Assembly: GCA_918797485.1 (NCBI GenBank)
Contig: CAKKNE010000001.1
Location: 4,464,001 to 4,528,000, forward strand
Origin: Pelagomonas calceolata
Taxonomy: Eukaryota
DNA length: 64,000 bases
Direction: 5' to 3'
This document shows, piece by piece, positions 1 to 10,565 of the stretch. The notes under the pieces were generated by a model. The model had not been told where the DNA came from, searched no databases, and saw only the letters and a list, made by a program, of their open reading frames with translations. The position numbers were made by a program, and so were the translations under genes. The number at the start of each line of letters is the position of its first letter. Within the stretch, counting starts at the first letter, position 1.

Positions 1-1542
1 AGCGATTTCATCCGGAAGCACGTCTTTCCTGGTTCTTCATTGGTATGTCTGGAAGCCGTAAAAAAAGCCCTGCCGAAGCTAGGCTCTTTAGCTTTAAGGT
101 TGGACGACGCGGCTACTTTAAGCATGGGCGTATCTTATGCTCGTACCTTACGGGCGTGGCGCGTCCGTTTCGACGCTGTCGAAGACCAGGTATCTAAGCT
201 CGGTTTTGATGACGTCTTCGTCAGGAAGTGGAGGTATTATCTGGACTACTGCGAGGCGGGCTTCGCGTGTGGTCATATCGACGTGAAGCAGATACGACTC
301 GAGAAGACGGACGAAAGCCTTGCGAGAGAAGCGACGGAGGGCGCCCATGGTTCGAAACCCATCTCGGTGAAGGATATGACTATCAAGGCCGTGAAGGGCG
401 TGGCCACTACGGCCTTTGAGCGAGGCTTACTGCCGGATTTCGTGACGCGGTATGGGATAAGACAGCTCTCGGCGCAGCAACTGAGGCACTGCGACGACGC
501 CGGTCGCGCAGCCAACAACGGCGAGGCGGGCTTGGCTGGTAGTCAAGAGAAGCTCCGGGAGACCATCCAGGCTTTGTTGGAAGCGCCGGTAGCAGTATGT
601 ACGTCCGAGGCGAACGAGCAGCACTACGAAGTCGACGCGCGCTTCTACGGGCTGTGTCTGGGGCCCCATAGGAAGTACTCTGCTTGTTTATATGAAGGGG
701 CGGAGCCGAAGTGGCCCGGGAACAAACTGCAAAAAGACGCGGCTCGGTTACTGCCAAAGGCGGAAAAGGATTCATTAGATCAAGTCGCGGCTCGCGGCGA
801 CATCACGCAGGCCACGAAAGCTATCTTAGATTGCGGCTGCGGCTGGGGGTCGGCCTCGCTGTACTTGGCGGATAGATTCCGGAACGCCCAGGTGGTAGGT
901 GTCTCGAATTCTCATTCCCAGAGAAGGTACATCATGGGCCAGGCTCAAGAACGAGGATTGACGAACCTGCAGATTGTGACACTGGATTTGTCGAAGGAGC
1001 CTCTCACAAAAGCCTTGGACGCGTTGCAGAGTCGACTGCCGGGCCAGTATTTCGAGCGCGGCGTCTCGATAGAGATGTTCGAGCACATGAAGAATTATAA
1101 GGCATTATTTGAGAAGATCACGGCGGTACTACAGGACCAGGGCCGCTTCTTCGTGCACGTGTTCTGCCACCGGCAGTACGCGTACCACTTCGTGGCCAAG
1201 TCCGACGCGGACTGGATGGCCAAGTACTTCTTCGCGGGCGGTACCATGCCTTCGGCCGATTTATTTGTTCATTTTGCGGCGCGGAAAGATGCGCCCGTCG
1301 CGCTCGTGGACCACTGGCGGAACAGCGGCGTGCATTACGCGTTGACGGCGGAAGGCTGGCTCCAGAACATGGACGCCAACGCGGCGGAAGTCAGAGAGAT
1401 ATTAAAGGAGGCCTACCCTGAAAATGAGACGGAGCTCTGGTTCCACCGCTGGCGCGCCTTTTACCTCGCGTGCGTCGAACTCTTCGGCTACGACGGCGGC
1501 CAGGAGTGGTGCATCGGGCACTACCTCTTCGAGAAGCGGTGA
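1..1542 (+). CDS. 5'-truncated tandem methyltransferase: C-terminal end of a cyclopropane-fatty-acyl-phospholipid synthase (CMAS) domain fused to a second CMAS/coclaurine N-methyltransferase-like domain
   Basis: Frame is open from base 1 (SDFIRKHVFPG...YARTLRAW...FVRKWRYYLDYCEAGF, a CFA synthase C-terminus). Second domain has ANEQHYEV, KYSACLY, ILDCGCGWGS, SIEMFEHMKNY, WMAKYFFAGGTMPS and WRAFYLAC.ELFGY. Confidence 0.9.
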   Translation, partial: SDFIRKHVFPGSSLVCLEAVKKALPKLGSLALRLDDAATLSMGVSYARTLRAWRVRFDAVEDQVSKLGFDDVFVRKWRYYLDYCEAGFACGHIDVKQIRLEKTDESLAREATEGAHGSKPISVKDMTIKAVKGVATTAFERGLLPDFVTRYGIRQLSAQQLRHCDDAGRAANNGEAGLAGSQEKLRETIQALLEAPVAVCTSEANEQHYEVDARFYGLCLGPHRKYSACLYEGAEPKWPGNKLQKDAARLLPKAEKDSLDQVAARGDITQATKAILDCGCGWGSASLYLADRFRNAQVVGVSNSHSQRRYIMGQAQERGLTNLQIVTLDLSKEPLTKALDALQSRLPGQYFERGVSIEMFEHMKNYKALFEKITAVLQDQGRFFVHVFCHRQYAYHFVAKSDADWMAKYFFAGGTMPSADLFVHFAARKDAPVALVDHWRNSGVHYALTAEGWLQNMDANAAEVREILKEAYPENETELWFHRWRAFYLACVELFGYDGGQEWCIGHYLFEKR

Positions 1543-1961
1543 CGCTTTTTTCTCGTGGGGTCTAAGTTTACATATTGTACTTCTTGTCGCGGCGCGCGTG
1601 ACCAACGAAAAACGGAGAACTGCGTTCCGCCGACCTCACGAAGCTTCCGTAGACGGCCTGGGACGTCCGGAGACCTCGCGATAGCCTCGTGATAGTGTGC
1701 GGGATTTAATTGTTTGATTTGACCCGAGGGCCGAGACTGCCGTGACCGCGCTGTGTGCCGTGACCGCGGCGCGCATTTGGAATTGATTCTAATCAGGGCC
1801 ACCGCGCACCTGTCCGCACCTCACGCAGCCCGCGTGCGGCATCGCTGTCGCACCTTCTGGGCGCTGTGATCCTCGGAGCCCCAGAGCCCAGTTTGACCTA
1901 CAAACTGCTGCGTATTTGCAACGAGCAGGCATCGCGCAACACGAGCGCAGCCACATTCACA

Positions 1962-4280
1962 ATGCGGCGCGTCGCCCCCAATTACGCCTTCCTGGCAGCC
2001 GCCGGCTTCGCGCTCGTAGCGTTCGCTGCGTCACTCACGACCATCATAGAGCAAGGCATCAAAGCGGACGTCCGCGCGGCGGTCGTCGTGGACACGTATA
2101 GGGCGTGGCACGCCAAGCACGTCAATGTTCGCCGTCCCTGTACGGTTCACGCGTGGAACGTGACCAACCTCAAGGCCGTCCTCGACGGCGCCAAGCCCCA
2201 GCTCGATAAGGTCGACGTTGCGCTCACGCGCGCCGAGGAGGGCTCCGACCTCAAGTGGCTCGACGGCGGCGACGCCTACGAATTCACGCGCCGGTCGGCG
2301 TACGTCGCGCGCGACGCCGCCGAGGAGGCGCGCCTCGACACAGAGGTAGTAGGCCTGAATCCGGCCTACCTCGCTACGATAGCTAAGTACGGCTCGGAGG
2401 GCGCCATGCTCCGGAACCTATCTCATGTAGCAGTGAACAAGGTCGCCGAAGTCCTGGACGCCTTCATCACGACGCAACGCCTCGCGAGCGTGTCGACGTA
2501 CCTCAACGGCGTCGCCGTGGACCTCCTGGCGACGGGGCTCGCCCTCGACGGCACCGCGGTCTGGTCCTCGGTCGAGTCCGTCGCGCGCCAGTGGGCCGGG
2601 GGCGCCGTCTTGGGCGGGCCGCTGTCTAGTCTGGATGAGAAGTACACGACGTTCGAAGCTTCTGGCGTGTCCGAAGAAACGGCGTTGATGCTCTGGGACG
2701 AGTCTCATCAGTATTCGTTGCTGACCGAGGCCGGGGTTTCTGCATGGACCGCGGCGCTCTCCGGCGACGGCGCCGCGGAAATCGCCGCGGCCGTCCCGGA
2801 GTCCAGCGCCGTGCTCAGCTGGCTCTCGGCGCTCGTCGACGAAACGAACCCGTACTACTTCGCCTACGTCGCGCCAATGCTCTCGGACGAGGCCGCGACG
2901 TCCTGGCGCGACCTCCGCGGCCAGCAGTTCGCCACCGGCGCCGTGACGCAGAAGCTCTACGGCGTCGCGAGCGTTTTGTCGCTACAGCTCGACGGTGTTG
3001 TGGTTGCGCCCGAGCTCCCCGTGTACGCGGCGGCAAGCGGCGTCACGATCTCCATGACGGCCGCCGAGGCGAACGCGTTCCTCGACACGGGTAGCCTCCC
3101 GTCGTCGGCGACGGCCGACGCGTACCTGAACCAGTACCTGCCCTACGACTTTCTCCTGAAGGGCTTCGTCGTGGGCTACCTCCGGGACGGCATGACGGCG
3201 ACGACGGATCCCACGGGCCTCGACGCGGCCTCGCTCACTCTCTCAGGCGACGGCACTGGCACCAAGAACGGGGGCATCTTCACACGTCGCACGCTGCGCG
3301 AGGTTGTCTACGGTTACGAGGACCCGCTGCTGGAGCTCCTGGGCAAGGCTTCGTACGCCGGGGCGCTCAACGCTACTATGATGACGGGGCGCTATGGCTT
3401 CAGGACCGGCAAGCGCCACATCAGCGACGTCGGCAAGTACGCGCTGTGGCGGGACACGACGAATATCGAGGCCATCGGCCTCCGCAAGGCGCAGGCGAAG
3501 CCGTTTTCTGAGAAGGGTAGCATCACGGTCTGGTTCGACGAGTTGCTCCGGCCGATTACCTTCCGGTCGGGCGCCAAGACGACGGTCAAGGACGTCGAGG
3601 CGCGGAACTACCACCTGCAGTCGTTTGGTATGCTCACGATGCCCGCGGGTCCGTCGATGACGCGCCCGGCGCTCGGCGGCCTGGACGAGGCCTACCGCTC
3701 GGAGTTCGAGGGCCTCCCTACCTACGATGCGGCGGAGCACGGCACGTGGGCCGCCGTCGAACCGCTCACCGGTAGATTCGTCAAGAGCCACACGCGTCTC
3801 GAGCACGCGTGGTCGCTGGACTCCACGCAACTCGATTGCGAGTTGTGGCAGCACGTCTTCGCGCGGATGGCGGCGTTTCCATGGCCGCAGCTCTACACCG
3901 ACGAGTCCGACGAGATCTCCGGCAAGGACGCGAAGGAATTCGTGGCCATGGTCTACGGCGCCCGCGACCAGGCCGTCATCTGGGCCGTGATTATTGGCTT
4001 CCTCGGGCTCGGTCTGGTCTTCGTCGGACTGCACGGTATCTCTCAGGACGACGACAAGGCGAAGACGCAGGTCTGGCCCTCGCCGCAGCGCGAGCAGCGC
4101 CGCCCGCAGCACGGCAAGGTCGAGGAGGACCTCTTCGTCGAAGAAGTGAAGGAAGACCCCGGCGAGGAGTACGACGACTTCCCCGTGCCCGAGGAGGAGG
4201 AGCCTGAGCCAGCGCGCAAGACGATGACGATGATGGTCGTGCACTGGCTGCCGACGCCCTACAACTACAAGCGCTACTAG
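1962..4280 (+). CDS. CD36/LIMP-II scavenger-receptor family membrane protein
   Basis: N- and C-terminal TM helices; CD36-type motifs WNVTN, RTLREVVYGYEDPLL, RTGK..ISDVG, VEPLTG. ATG at 1962. Confidence 0.75.
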   Translation: MRRVAPNYAFLAAAGFALVAFAASLTTIIEQGIKADVRAAVVVDTYRAWHAKHVNVRRPCTVHAWNVTNLKAVLDGAKPQLDKVDVALTRAEEGSDLKWLDGGDAYEFTRRSAYVARDAAEEARLDTEVVGLNPAYLATIAKYGSEGAMLRNLSHVAVNKVAEVLDAFITTQRLASVSTYLNGVAVDLLATGLALDGTAVWSSVESVARQWAGGAVLGGPLSSLDEKYTTFEASGVSEETALMLWDESHQYSLLTEAGVSAWTAALSGDGAAEIAAAVPESSAVLSWLSALVDETNPYYFAYVAPMLSDEAATSWRDLRGQQFATGAVTQKLYGVASVLSLQLDGVVVAPELPVYAAASGVTISMTAAEANAFLDTGSLPSSATADAYLNQYLPYDFLLKGFVVGYLRDGMTATTDPTGLDAASLTLSGDGTGTKNGGIFTRRTLREVVYGYEDPLLELLGKASYAGALNATMMTGRYGFRTGKRHISDVGKYALWRDTTNIEAIGLRKAQAKPFSEKGSITVWFDELLRPITFRSGAKTTVKDVEARNYHLQSFGMLTMPAGPSMTRPALGGLDEAYRSEFEGLPTYDAAEHGTWAAVEPLTGRFVKSHTRLEHAWSLDSTQLDCELWQHVFARMAAFPWPQLYTDESDEISGKDAKEFVAMVYGARDQAVIWAVIIGFLGLGLVFVGLHGISQDDDKAKTQVWPSPQREQRRPQHGKVEEDLFVEEVKEDPGEEYDDFPVPEEEEPEPARKTMTMMVVHWLPTPYNYKRY

Positions 4281-4448
4281 CATGTGGTCGCCGAACCCTG
4301 TCCCCCTGTGTAAGAAGCCCTGTTACCCTTAGTAGCACCCACAGTTGAAACCGAACGAGACGATGTGCGAGACGATCTCGGCCGGGAGGGACTGGAACTT
4401 CGACTTCGAGAATAATTAGTAGGCTAGGGCCTATATTAAGAGCAGGGT

Positions 4449-5375
4449 TCAGGGCTCGTCGATCTCGCCCGGCGCGCCGTGCGGGTGTTGCGCGTCGGGG
4501 TCCCGCCTGAACGAACGCCAGTTCATTCCGTGCAGGGCCGGACGACCCCGGCGTGGCATCGGGTGACCACCGCCGTGCGCGCGGCTCGGGCTCGACGTGT
4601 CCGTTTCTCCACTGCGCCTTTTTTCGTACCTGGCGCGTACGTGAATCCGTCGCCGCGCGTGGGTGCCCGGCTCGAAGATAGGCGCGGCGCGCTGGAAAAT
4701 TGGGTCGTCTTCAGCCGCCATCTCGACCTCAACCGCGTACTTTACGGCCTCAACAAGGTCTCCAAATAACGGTGAAGTCTCAACAATTTGTGTTCCATCA
4801 GGCGTATATTCCCACTCGAAGGTCTTAGGGAACAGAACATCGAGATGAGGCGCAATAAGGTCAAACGCGCCGGCCGCCATGCTCGTTTTTGACAGCTCGA
4901 GCCCGTCGCTACTTCGCAACGCTAATAAATGGTCTCGGTACATGTGGGCGAGGAGGCCCAGAATTGGCAGCACGAGTTCTTCCTTGTCGCAGGGTTGCGC
5001 GCGGGGGTGGCCAAGGCGACAGCAGGTCAGCTCGCCCTGGAACACACCCAGAGTCGAGACCAGCGTCGCCTCATCACTCAAGTCGAGGGGTCCGAAGCTG
5101 CCGTCGGCTCCGAGCACGTGCATGTTGCTCGACCCGTGTCGCGCCCAGAAGCTCATGATCTCCGCGACGGCCTTAATGGCGGAACACATCGCAGCGTAGT
5201 GTGCACCGTCGGGATCGGGCTCGGACCAGCCCAACCACTGGTGCGACAGGAAGAGGAAGATCAGACCGGACGCCTGCGCCTTGCGTACCTGATCGACAGT
5301 GTGGAAGACGACGATCTGCGCACGCTCGACCATCGTCTCGTGCGCCGTGCGAGCGCGACGCGAGCCGCAGAGCAA
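4449..5375 (-). pseudogene. Degenerate or partial gene of the 'FxSHQW...PDP' (HET/TIR-like) algal family
   Basis: Motifs FLSHQWLGWSEPDPDGAHY and VFQGELTCC.LGH...CDKEELV.PILGL. No clear ATG start, and the W.DY..IPQ segment I would expect after the motif appears absent. Confidence 0.45.
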
Positions 5376-5523
5376 AGTCTCATCTTTGCGATCTCCACAA
5401 GTATATATAAGTTTCAGTGAGCACTTCTTTGTGAGCTTTTAACGCTTTATTCTGGGGTCGGGTAGAGGCGTTGATTTGTAAATAGATCCGCGCAAGGGCT
5501 CCTCCTTCGCGGATTTGCGTGGG

Positions 5524-5545
5524 CTAGCGGCCAGTAAGACACTAG
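5524..5545 (+). promoter_or_regulatory. CTAG-N14-CTAG intergenic motif, copy 1
   Basis: ctagcggccagtaagacactag, about 235 bp upstream of ATG 5780. Confidence 0.6.
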
Positions 5546-5598
5546 CAAGCCAACAAAAAAAAGACACACCAAGACGCAAGCGGCTCGTCTGGTGGCTA

Positions 5599-5760
5599 GC
5601 GGTGCGAAGCAGCAACGAGAGAGCTGCGGCCAGCGCGGCATCTGTCGCAAGCAGCGAAAGCGAGCTGTGCGGCAGCGGTCGCAAGCATAAAAAGAGCTGT
5701 GGCCAGCGCGACAGCGGTCGCAAGCAGCGAAAAGAGAGCGCTGCGGCGGTAGCGGCAGCG
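5599..5760. repeat. Degenerate ~33-43 bp tandem repeat upstream of the glycosyltransferase gene
   Basis: About 4 units resembling gcggtcgcaagcagcgaaaagagagctgcggccagcgcg. Confidence 0.6.
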
Positions 5761-5779
5761 TGCGGCTGACAGCAAAAAC

Positions 5780-7805
5780 ATGCCGTCCCGCCGCACAATA
5801 ATCGCGGCAGTATTGGCCGTCATACCTCTGGGCCTCGTCGTCCTGAATCTCCAGGCCGTTCATCAAGCGCCACAAACGCAGCAGCGCATCCAACCACACG
5901 AGGAGAATTTCATCCAGAAAACGCTCGAAGCCATACGAGGCGAGGAGCGCCGGAGCGGCGAGGAGATCGCGCAGGCTGCGCAGGATCTGACGAACGCCGA
6001 GGCCATCGTTGAGCGGCTGGAACGGGCGGGCAACGAGCTCGCCAATTTGTTCGCGGAGCGCGAGGCGTCGGAGACGAGCCGCGACGCCGCTGAGGCCGTC
6101 GCGGAGACAGAACGACAAAGGATCAATCCGGACGCGCCCTGGGAGCGCGAGGTCAAGGAGCTGACGGTCTGCGCCCACGTCGACACGTTCGCCCGCGTCC
6201 CGGGCCACAGGAAGGGCGACCACCACCCCTTGGAACATGGAAACGCGTCCTTATGCATCGCGCCGCACATCCAGCTCCGGGAGAAGTTAAAAGTACGACT
6301 TATACCCAAGGGCGAGAAGGGCGGCAAGCGCCAGTGCATAAATCAAATTGTCGCGACGCGTCTCCACCACGGCTCGATGCTCACTGATCGATTTTTGCAC
6401 AGGCAAGCGGGCCTTCTTCCTCATGAGTCAAGGATTAAGACAGCACCCGATGGTCGAGCTCGTCGGAAGCCCTTACCGCCTCTGCAAGGACCGCGGGTAT
6501 ACGTTGGACAACAAGCACTCGAACTGCGAAAAAGATATAAGAAAGCTCGGCGAGAAGACGCCGGACGCCGACGTCGCGATCGTCGTGATGCCCGCCAACG
6601 ATCCAAAATTCTATAGTAGTGGAAGGGCCGCGGCCTTTTTACCGTACCGCTGGGGCACCAATAAAAAACTCGCGGCCGACCCCGTCGAGGACATTGGGAC
6701 TACGTCAGGATATGAGAAGATCACGCACGCCGACGAGAACCCGACCCTATACAGGTATGCGCCTCCGGTACCCGCGAACCGCATGATCTTCGTGGACGAG
6801 GCGGACTGGGCGTCTAGTCATGCGCACGTGCGCGATGACGCGGCCCAGTATCTGGCCTATTTCAAGCGGTCCTGGGTTGATAAAAGAGACGCCGTGCCGA
6901 TGAAGGCGTCGGGCTCTCGGCACTCTAGGTCGAAGTCCTACTTCCCCATGCCGTACGCCTTGGCCGACGAGTATGTTGATAGTGACAAATTGGGCGACGT
7001 CGTCGGCGCGAGGCCCATCGACGTCGTCTGCACGTTGCGCGACAAAAGAGGTGGAAGGGGCCGCGTCCTGCCGTGGCTCAAGGAGTACGCTGCCGAGAGG
7101 AAGTTGCACGACGTGCGGTTAGGACAATTGTCAAGCGCGGGCCGCACGGTCATTGATGCTGGCTATCTCTCGACGATGCGCCGCGCCAAGGTTGTGGTGA
7201 CCTGCAACCCGACGGGCTGGGAGGGCGACTTTCGTTTATTTGAGGCGTTGTCTTCAGGTGCTCTGGTCATGGTCGATAGGATGGGCACGCCGTACCACCA
7301 CCCCCTGATCGACGGGGAGCACGTCGTCTACTACGACCACACGAACAAGACGGATTTATTGGATAAGCTGACGCACGCCCTGAACCGGCCCCACTGGGCG
7401 CGCAAGGTCGGCGTCAAGGGCTACGCGCACGTGCTGCGGCACCACCGCGCCGTGTCGTGCAGTGCATGAATCATGGCCTCCACGCCATCGACGCGACGCC
7501 AGCTCGATGGCGTGGCGGTGTGGGTCTTACACCACTCGGTGCACCCGACGCACTGTTCGATTTGCGCACAGGTGTCGTGGGCCGACTACTTCCTGCGGAC
7601 GGCGCACGCGCGCATGCTCGCCGAGAAAGGGGAGGAGCAAAAGTACGCGGAGACGGGGCAGGCCGTCCTCGCGCGCGCGAACCGGCCGGTTAGCGGCGCG
7701 CCGCCCGTGAAGGCGGACTTCGCCACGCGGCGCGAGCACGGGGCGCTGGCCTTCGCGGCGAACGAGCACGCTGATGATGATACGCTGCGGATCGAGGACG
7801 TGTAG
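5780..7805 (+). CDS. Type II membrane glycosyltransferase (GT-B, Glyco_trans_1_2-like), 3 exons, ~608 aa
   Basis: Exons 5780-6323, 6403-7451, 7572-7805 join in frame (KGG|KRAFF; HHRA|VSWADY). N-terminal TM anchor, coiled stem, then Y...MRRAKVVV...G.EGDFRLFEALSSGALV...GEH.V.Y. Confidence 0.8.
6332..6402 (+). mobile_element. Introner element (old, internally deleted); intron 6324-6402, GC-AG
   Basis: TSD gcaagcgc (6324-31) / gcaagcgg (6403-10); ends cagtgcataaatc...gatttttgcacag; removal restores frame. Confidence 0.85.
7460..7571 (+). mobile_element. Introner element; intron 7452-7571, GT-AG
   Basis: Perfect 8-bp TSD gtgtcgtg (7452-59, 7572-79); ends cagtgcatgaatc...gatttgcgcacag; core ccacgccatcgacgcgacgcc shared with other copies. 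Confidence 0.92.
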
Positions 7806-7905
7806 CTAGTAGCTGTATTGTGTAATTAAAACTTATGTGATATCATATATATATGTACAGGTATGAGCCTTCAGAGGCGCGGAGGTTGACGAGGAAGAGG
7901 TCGCC

Positions 7906-8820
7906 ATGATCCGAGAGGTATTCTATAGAGTACTCAAACTAGAATACAGACATATGGTTGAAACGGGAGAGCTACCACGACACTCCATGGCGCCGCTCCA
8001 CTTATCGCGGGCGGCCGACGTTGGTCTCGACAACACGCACAAACCAATTCACGATTACGAAGCTCTGAGGAATCGGCCCCTGGGTAGCGGAACGAAGTTC
8101 GACAAGAATATCGACGAGGGCTTTAAGCGCCTTGACGCGTGCCTTTGCAACGATTGCACGCTCGACAAACGGCTGCATTACGCCTTGGCATACCGACGCC
8201 ACGAGGTGGCCTACCACGCGTCGCGAGGCTTAATTGCGGCGCACCGGCGCGCACAACACCAACTTGCCGAGTTCTACGGTCACGCTCGACAGGCCGGCGA
8301 CGAGCCCGAAACTGCGGCCGAGGCTCAAGTTGTGTACGAGTCAGCTTTGCAGTGCGCGACAGTGGAAAGAAACGTCGAGCGTATCGCATCTGGACTGGCT
8401 CGGATTATTGATACGGATGTTGTGGCGCACCACGTGTTAGATGTCCAAGTACAGAGTGGAAATCAACCCTCGATGGCGTCCCCATCGCGTTTGTCCCCAT
8501 CGCGTTTGACCACGATAACTGACACGCAGGTCCAGCACGAGCTCGTCGCCGAGCTCGTGAACCGCGGCGTCCTCACCTCGATGGGCGCCGAGGAGGTATG
8601 CCACGATCTCATCGCGGACAAGCGCGCTTTGGCTTCTGAGCGCCGACGGAAACAGGCCGCCGTCGCATTGCTCCACGTTGACCACGCCCGCGGTCGGGCA
8701 GTAGACCTCACCGCGAGCCAGCAACAGATACTTTCTCTACGCATGACGAACGCTTTCCGGTCCGCGTCGACCACCGTTCCCGAAGACGTCACAGTGGCGA
8801 CGTCGTCGGCGGCGCCGTAG
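7906..8820 (+). CDS. Hypothetical protein (~275 aa after removing in-frame intron 8443-8529)
   Basis: ATG-initiated 304-codon ORF; its C-terminal part is homologous to 8928-9150. Confidence 0.55.
   Translation: MIREVFYRVLKLEYRHMVETGELPRHSMAPLHLSRAADVGLDNTHKPIHDYEALRNRPLGSGTKFDKNIDEGFKRLDACLCNDCTLDKRLHYALAYRRHEVAYHASRGLIAAHRRAQHQLAEFYGHARQAGDEPETAAEAQVVYESALQCATVERNVERIASGLARIIDTDVVAHHVLDVQVQSGNQPSMASPSRLSPSRLTTITDTQVQHELVAELVNRGVLTSMGAEEVCHDLIADKRALASERRRKQAAVALLHVDHARGRAVDLTASQQQILSLRMTNAFRSASTTVPEDVTVATSSAAP
8452..8529 (+). mobile_element. Cryptic in-frame introner; intron 8443-8529 (87 nt), GT-AG
   Basis: 5' end cagagtggaaatcaa resembles TIR ctgtgtggaaatcaa; contains tcgatggcgt core; ends cacgcag; flanks gtccaagta / gtccagca. 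Confidence 0.75.
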
Positions 8821-8927
8821 GGGTGTAAATACCAGGGTTCATAGTAGCATCCTGATGAATTCCCAGGTGGTATTAGTATTCTGATAAAATTTTCCCTAAT
8901 TGACCCCCCTACTCCCGGGGCCTATTC

Positions 8928-9196
8928 ACCGCGGCGTCCTCACACCAGCGGGTGCCGCCGAGGTTTGCCAAGACCTAGATGCGGACCGCAGAGCTTTGAA
9001 GAAGGCTCGACGCAGGAAACGTGTCGCTAATGTAGACCGGCACGTTGACTTGGTGCGAGGCCGCGGCGGCGATCCGGACACGACCGAGAGCCAGCGGGAC
9101 ATGCTCGACCTGACGATGACGAATGCCTGGTCCGCGACCACGACGGCGTCTACCCGTACGCGCCACCGCGGGACCGAAGAGTTGTCGGAAATCTAG
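8928..9196 (+). pseudogene. Partial tandem duplicate of the 3' end of 7906-8820
   Basis: RGVLTPAGAAEVCQDLDADRRAL...VDLVRGR...TESQRDMLDLTMTNA versus RGVLTSMGAEEVCHDLIADKRAL...VDHARGR...TASQQQILSLRMTNA; no ATG start. Confidence 0.7.
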
Positions 9197-9265
9197 TGTG
9201 TGTATATAGCTTTTATTTTTCCAAACCCCCTCGGACGAACATACTTACTTCGCGATACAACATTG

Positions 9266-10075
9266 TCAACAAGCGGCCGCTGGCTCGAACCCATAGTGCG
9301 CCAGCACGCGCTCGGGCGTCGACGCGTCCTGGCCGTCGAAATAGTTCAGGAACACCTCGTCGCCGGCCGCGTAGGTAGCACCGGCCAGGAGAGCCAGTTC
9401 GCCGGCGGACGTCACGACGAGGCGCCCGCCCTGGCTAGAGTGGTTCATCTTCTCCACCAGCGGCAGGAGCTGCATAGTGCCGTTGACGCGGAACGCCCGC
9501 GTAGCGACCGCCGCGATGGCCCACGGTAGGTGCCTCGCGAGGTCCGGCCGCTTGCCGACGCAGAAGGCCGCGGTCGCCGCCGCCTGGCTCCGGCAGCCCG
9601 CGATCTCCTCCTCGTAGCTCTTCGGCGGCGGCTCGCCGCCCGCGTCGTCGGACGCCATCCAGGCCGTGTAGGCGTCGGCCGGCCTAGAGGCGCCGGGGTT
9701 CTCCGCGCGCCGCGTCGCAGCCGCCGCGGCCAGCACATCGGCGGACGTGCCGAAGGCGCTTCCATCCAGGCCCTCGGCGGGCAGCGTCGCGAGCCAGACC
9801 GCCCAGGGCGACGCGGCGCCCCTCGCTCTTTCGTGGCACAGAAACAGCGCCAGAGCGGCGCGCGGACTTCTCGCGAGCGACGCGTCCTGCAGCGCGACCT
9901 CGCACACGTACGGCGTCACGGCGAAGCCGCGCGGGAGCAGCAGCAGCGTGTCACCGGCATTGATGGCTTTCGTGGCGAACGCGCCAAGGCCGCCCAGCGG
10001 CGACGCGCGAAACTCGACGCCGTGCTTGTGTGCGTCGACGCCGTGGCTCTTGGCCCATGCGTTGCATGCCTCCAT
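9266..10075 (-). CDS. SET-domain (Rubisco LSMT-like) lysine methyltransferase
   Basis: GGLGAFATKAINAGD, SPWA.WLATLP, WA..AV.TRAF, LLPLVEKMNHS, GDEVFLNY, YGF. Confidence 0.85.
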   Translation of the reverse strand: MEACNAWAKSHGVDAHKHGVEFRASPLGGLGAFATKAINAGDTLLLLPRGFAVTPYVCEVALQDASLARSPRAALALFLCHERARGAASPWAVWLATLPAEGLDGSAFGTSADVLAAAAATRRAENPGASRPADAYTAWMASDDAGGEPPPKSYEEEIAGCRSQAAATAAFCVGKRPDLARHLPWAIAAVATRAFRVNGTMQLLPLVEKMNHSSQGGRLVVTSAGELALLAGATYAAGDEVFLNYFDGQDASTPERVLAHYGFEPAAAC

Positions 10076-10299
10076 TTATTGCCCTATACGCTGGCTGCAC
10101 GCTGCTGCTGCACACTGTGTACGGTCTTTACAGGGCTGCACACTGTGCACGCTGCACCACACTGATGTTCATGCACGAATGCTGCAAATGACCAATTGGG
10201 CAGCACTGGCACTGCGGCTGCGGGTGCAGAATGCTTCTGCAGTCGTTGCAGCCGCACAAAGCCGCTACAGCGTGTCAGGGCGTCTTTGCTTGCTTAGGC

Positions 10300-10321
10300 C
10301 TAGTGTCTTACAGGCCGCTAG
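10300..10321 (-). promoter_or_regulatory. CTAG-N14-CTAG motif, copy 2
   Basis: Reverse complement ctagcggcctgtaagacactag, midway between divergent SET and EF1-gamma starts. Confidence 0.6.
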
Positions 10322-10565
10322 CACCAGGTCGTCGCGTCGTCCTCCCATTGGGTCACAGCCATCTGCAGGATTGCCAAACCATCGCAAAGATCGTTGCGCG
10401 ATTAGTCCACGCCACCAGACTTCGAGCATCGCCGGTGGCTATCGCATCTATACGCGACGCCGTCTCCTTTGCTTACGCGTGCTGATTGCAACGCTAGCAA
10501 TACCCTTTTCGCGCAATAGAACTGCGTTGCAAGATCGCCGTTCGCGCAAGAGACCTGCAGCAAAA

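Noticed and set aside
9747..10565. 273-aa N-terminal extension of EF1-gamma in the ORF track
   Set aside because: Non-ATG start that overlaps the SET gene and promoter; homology begins at ATG 10566.
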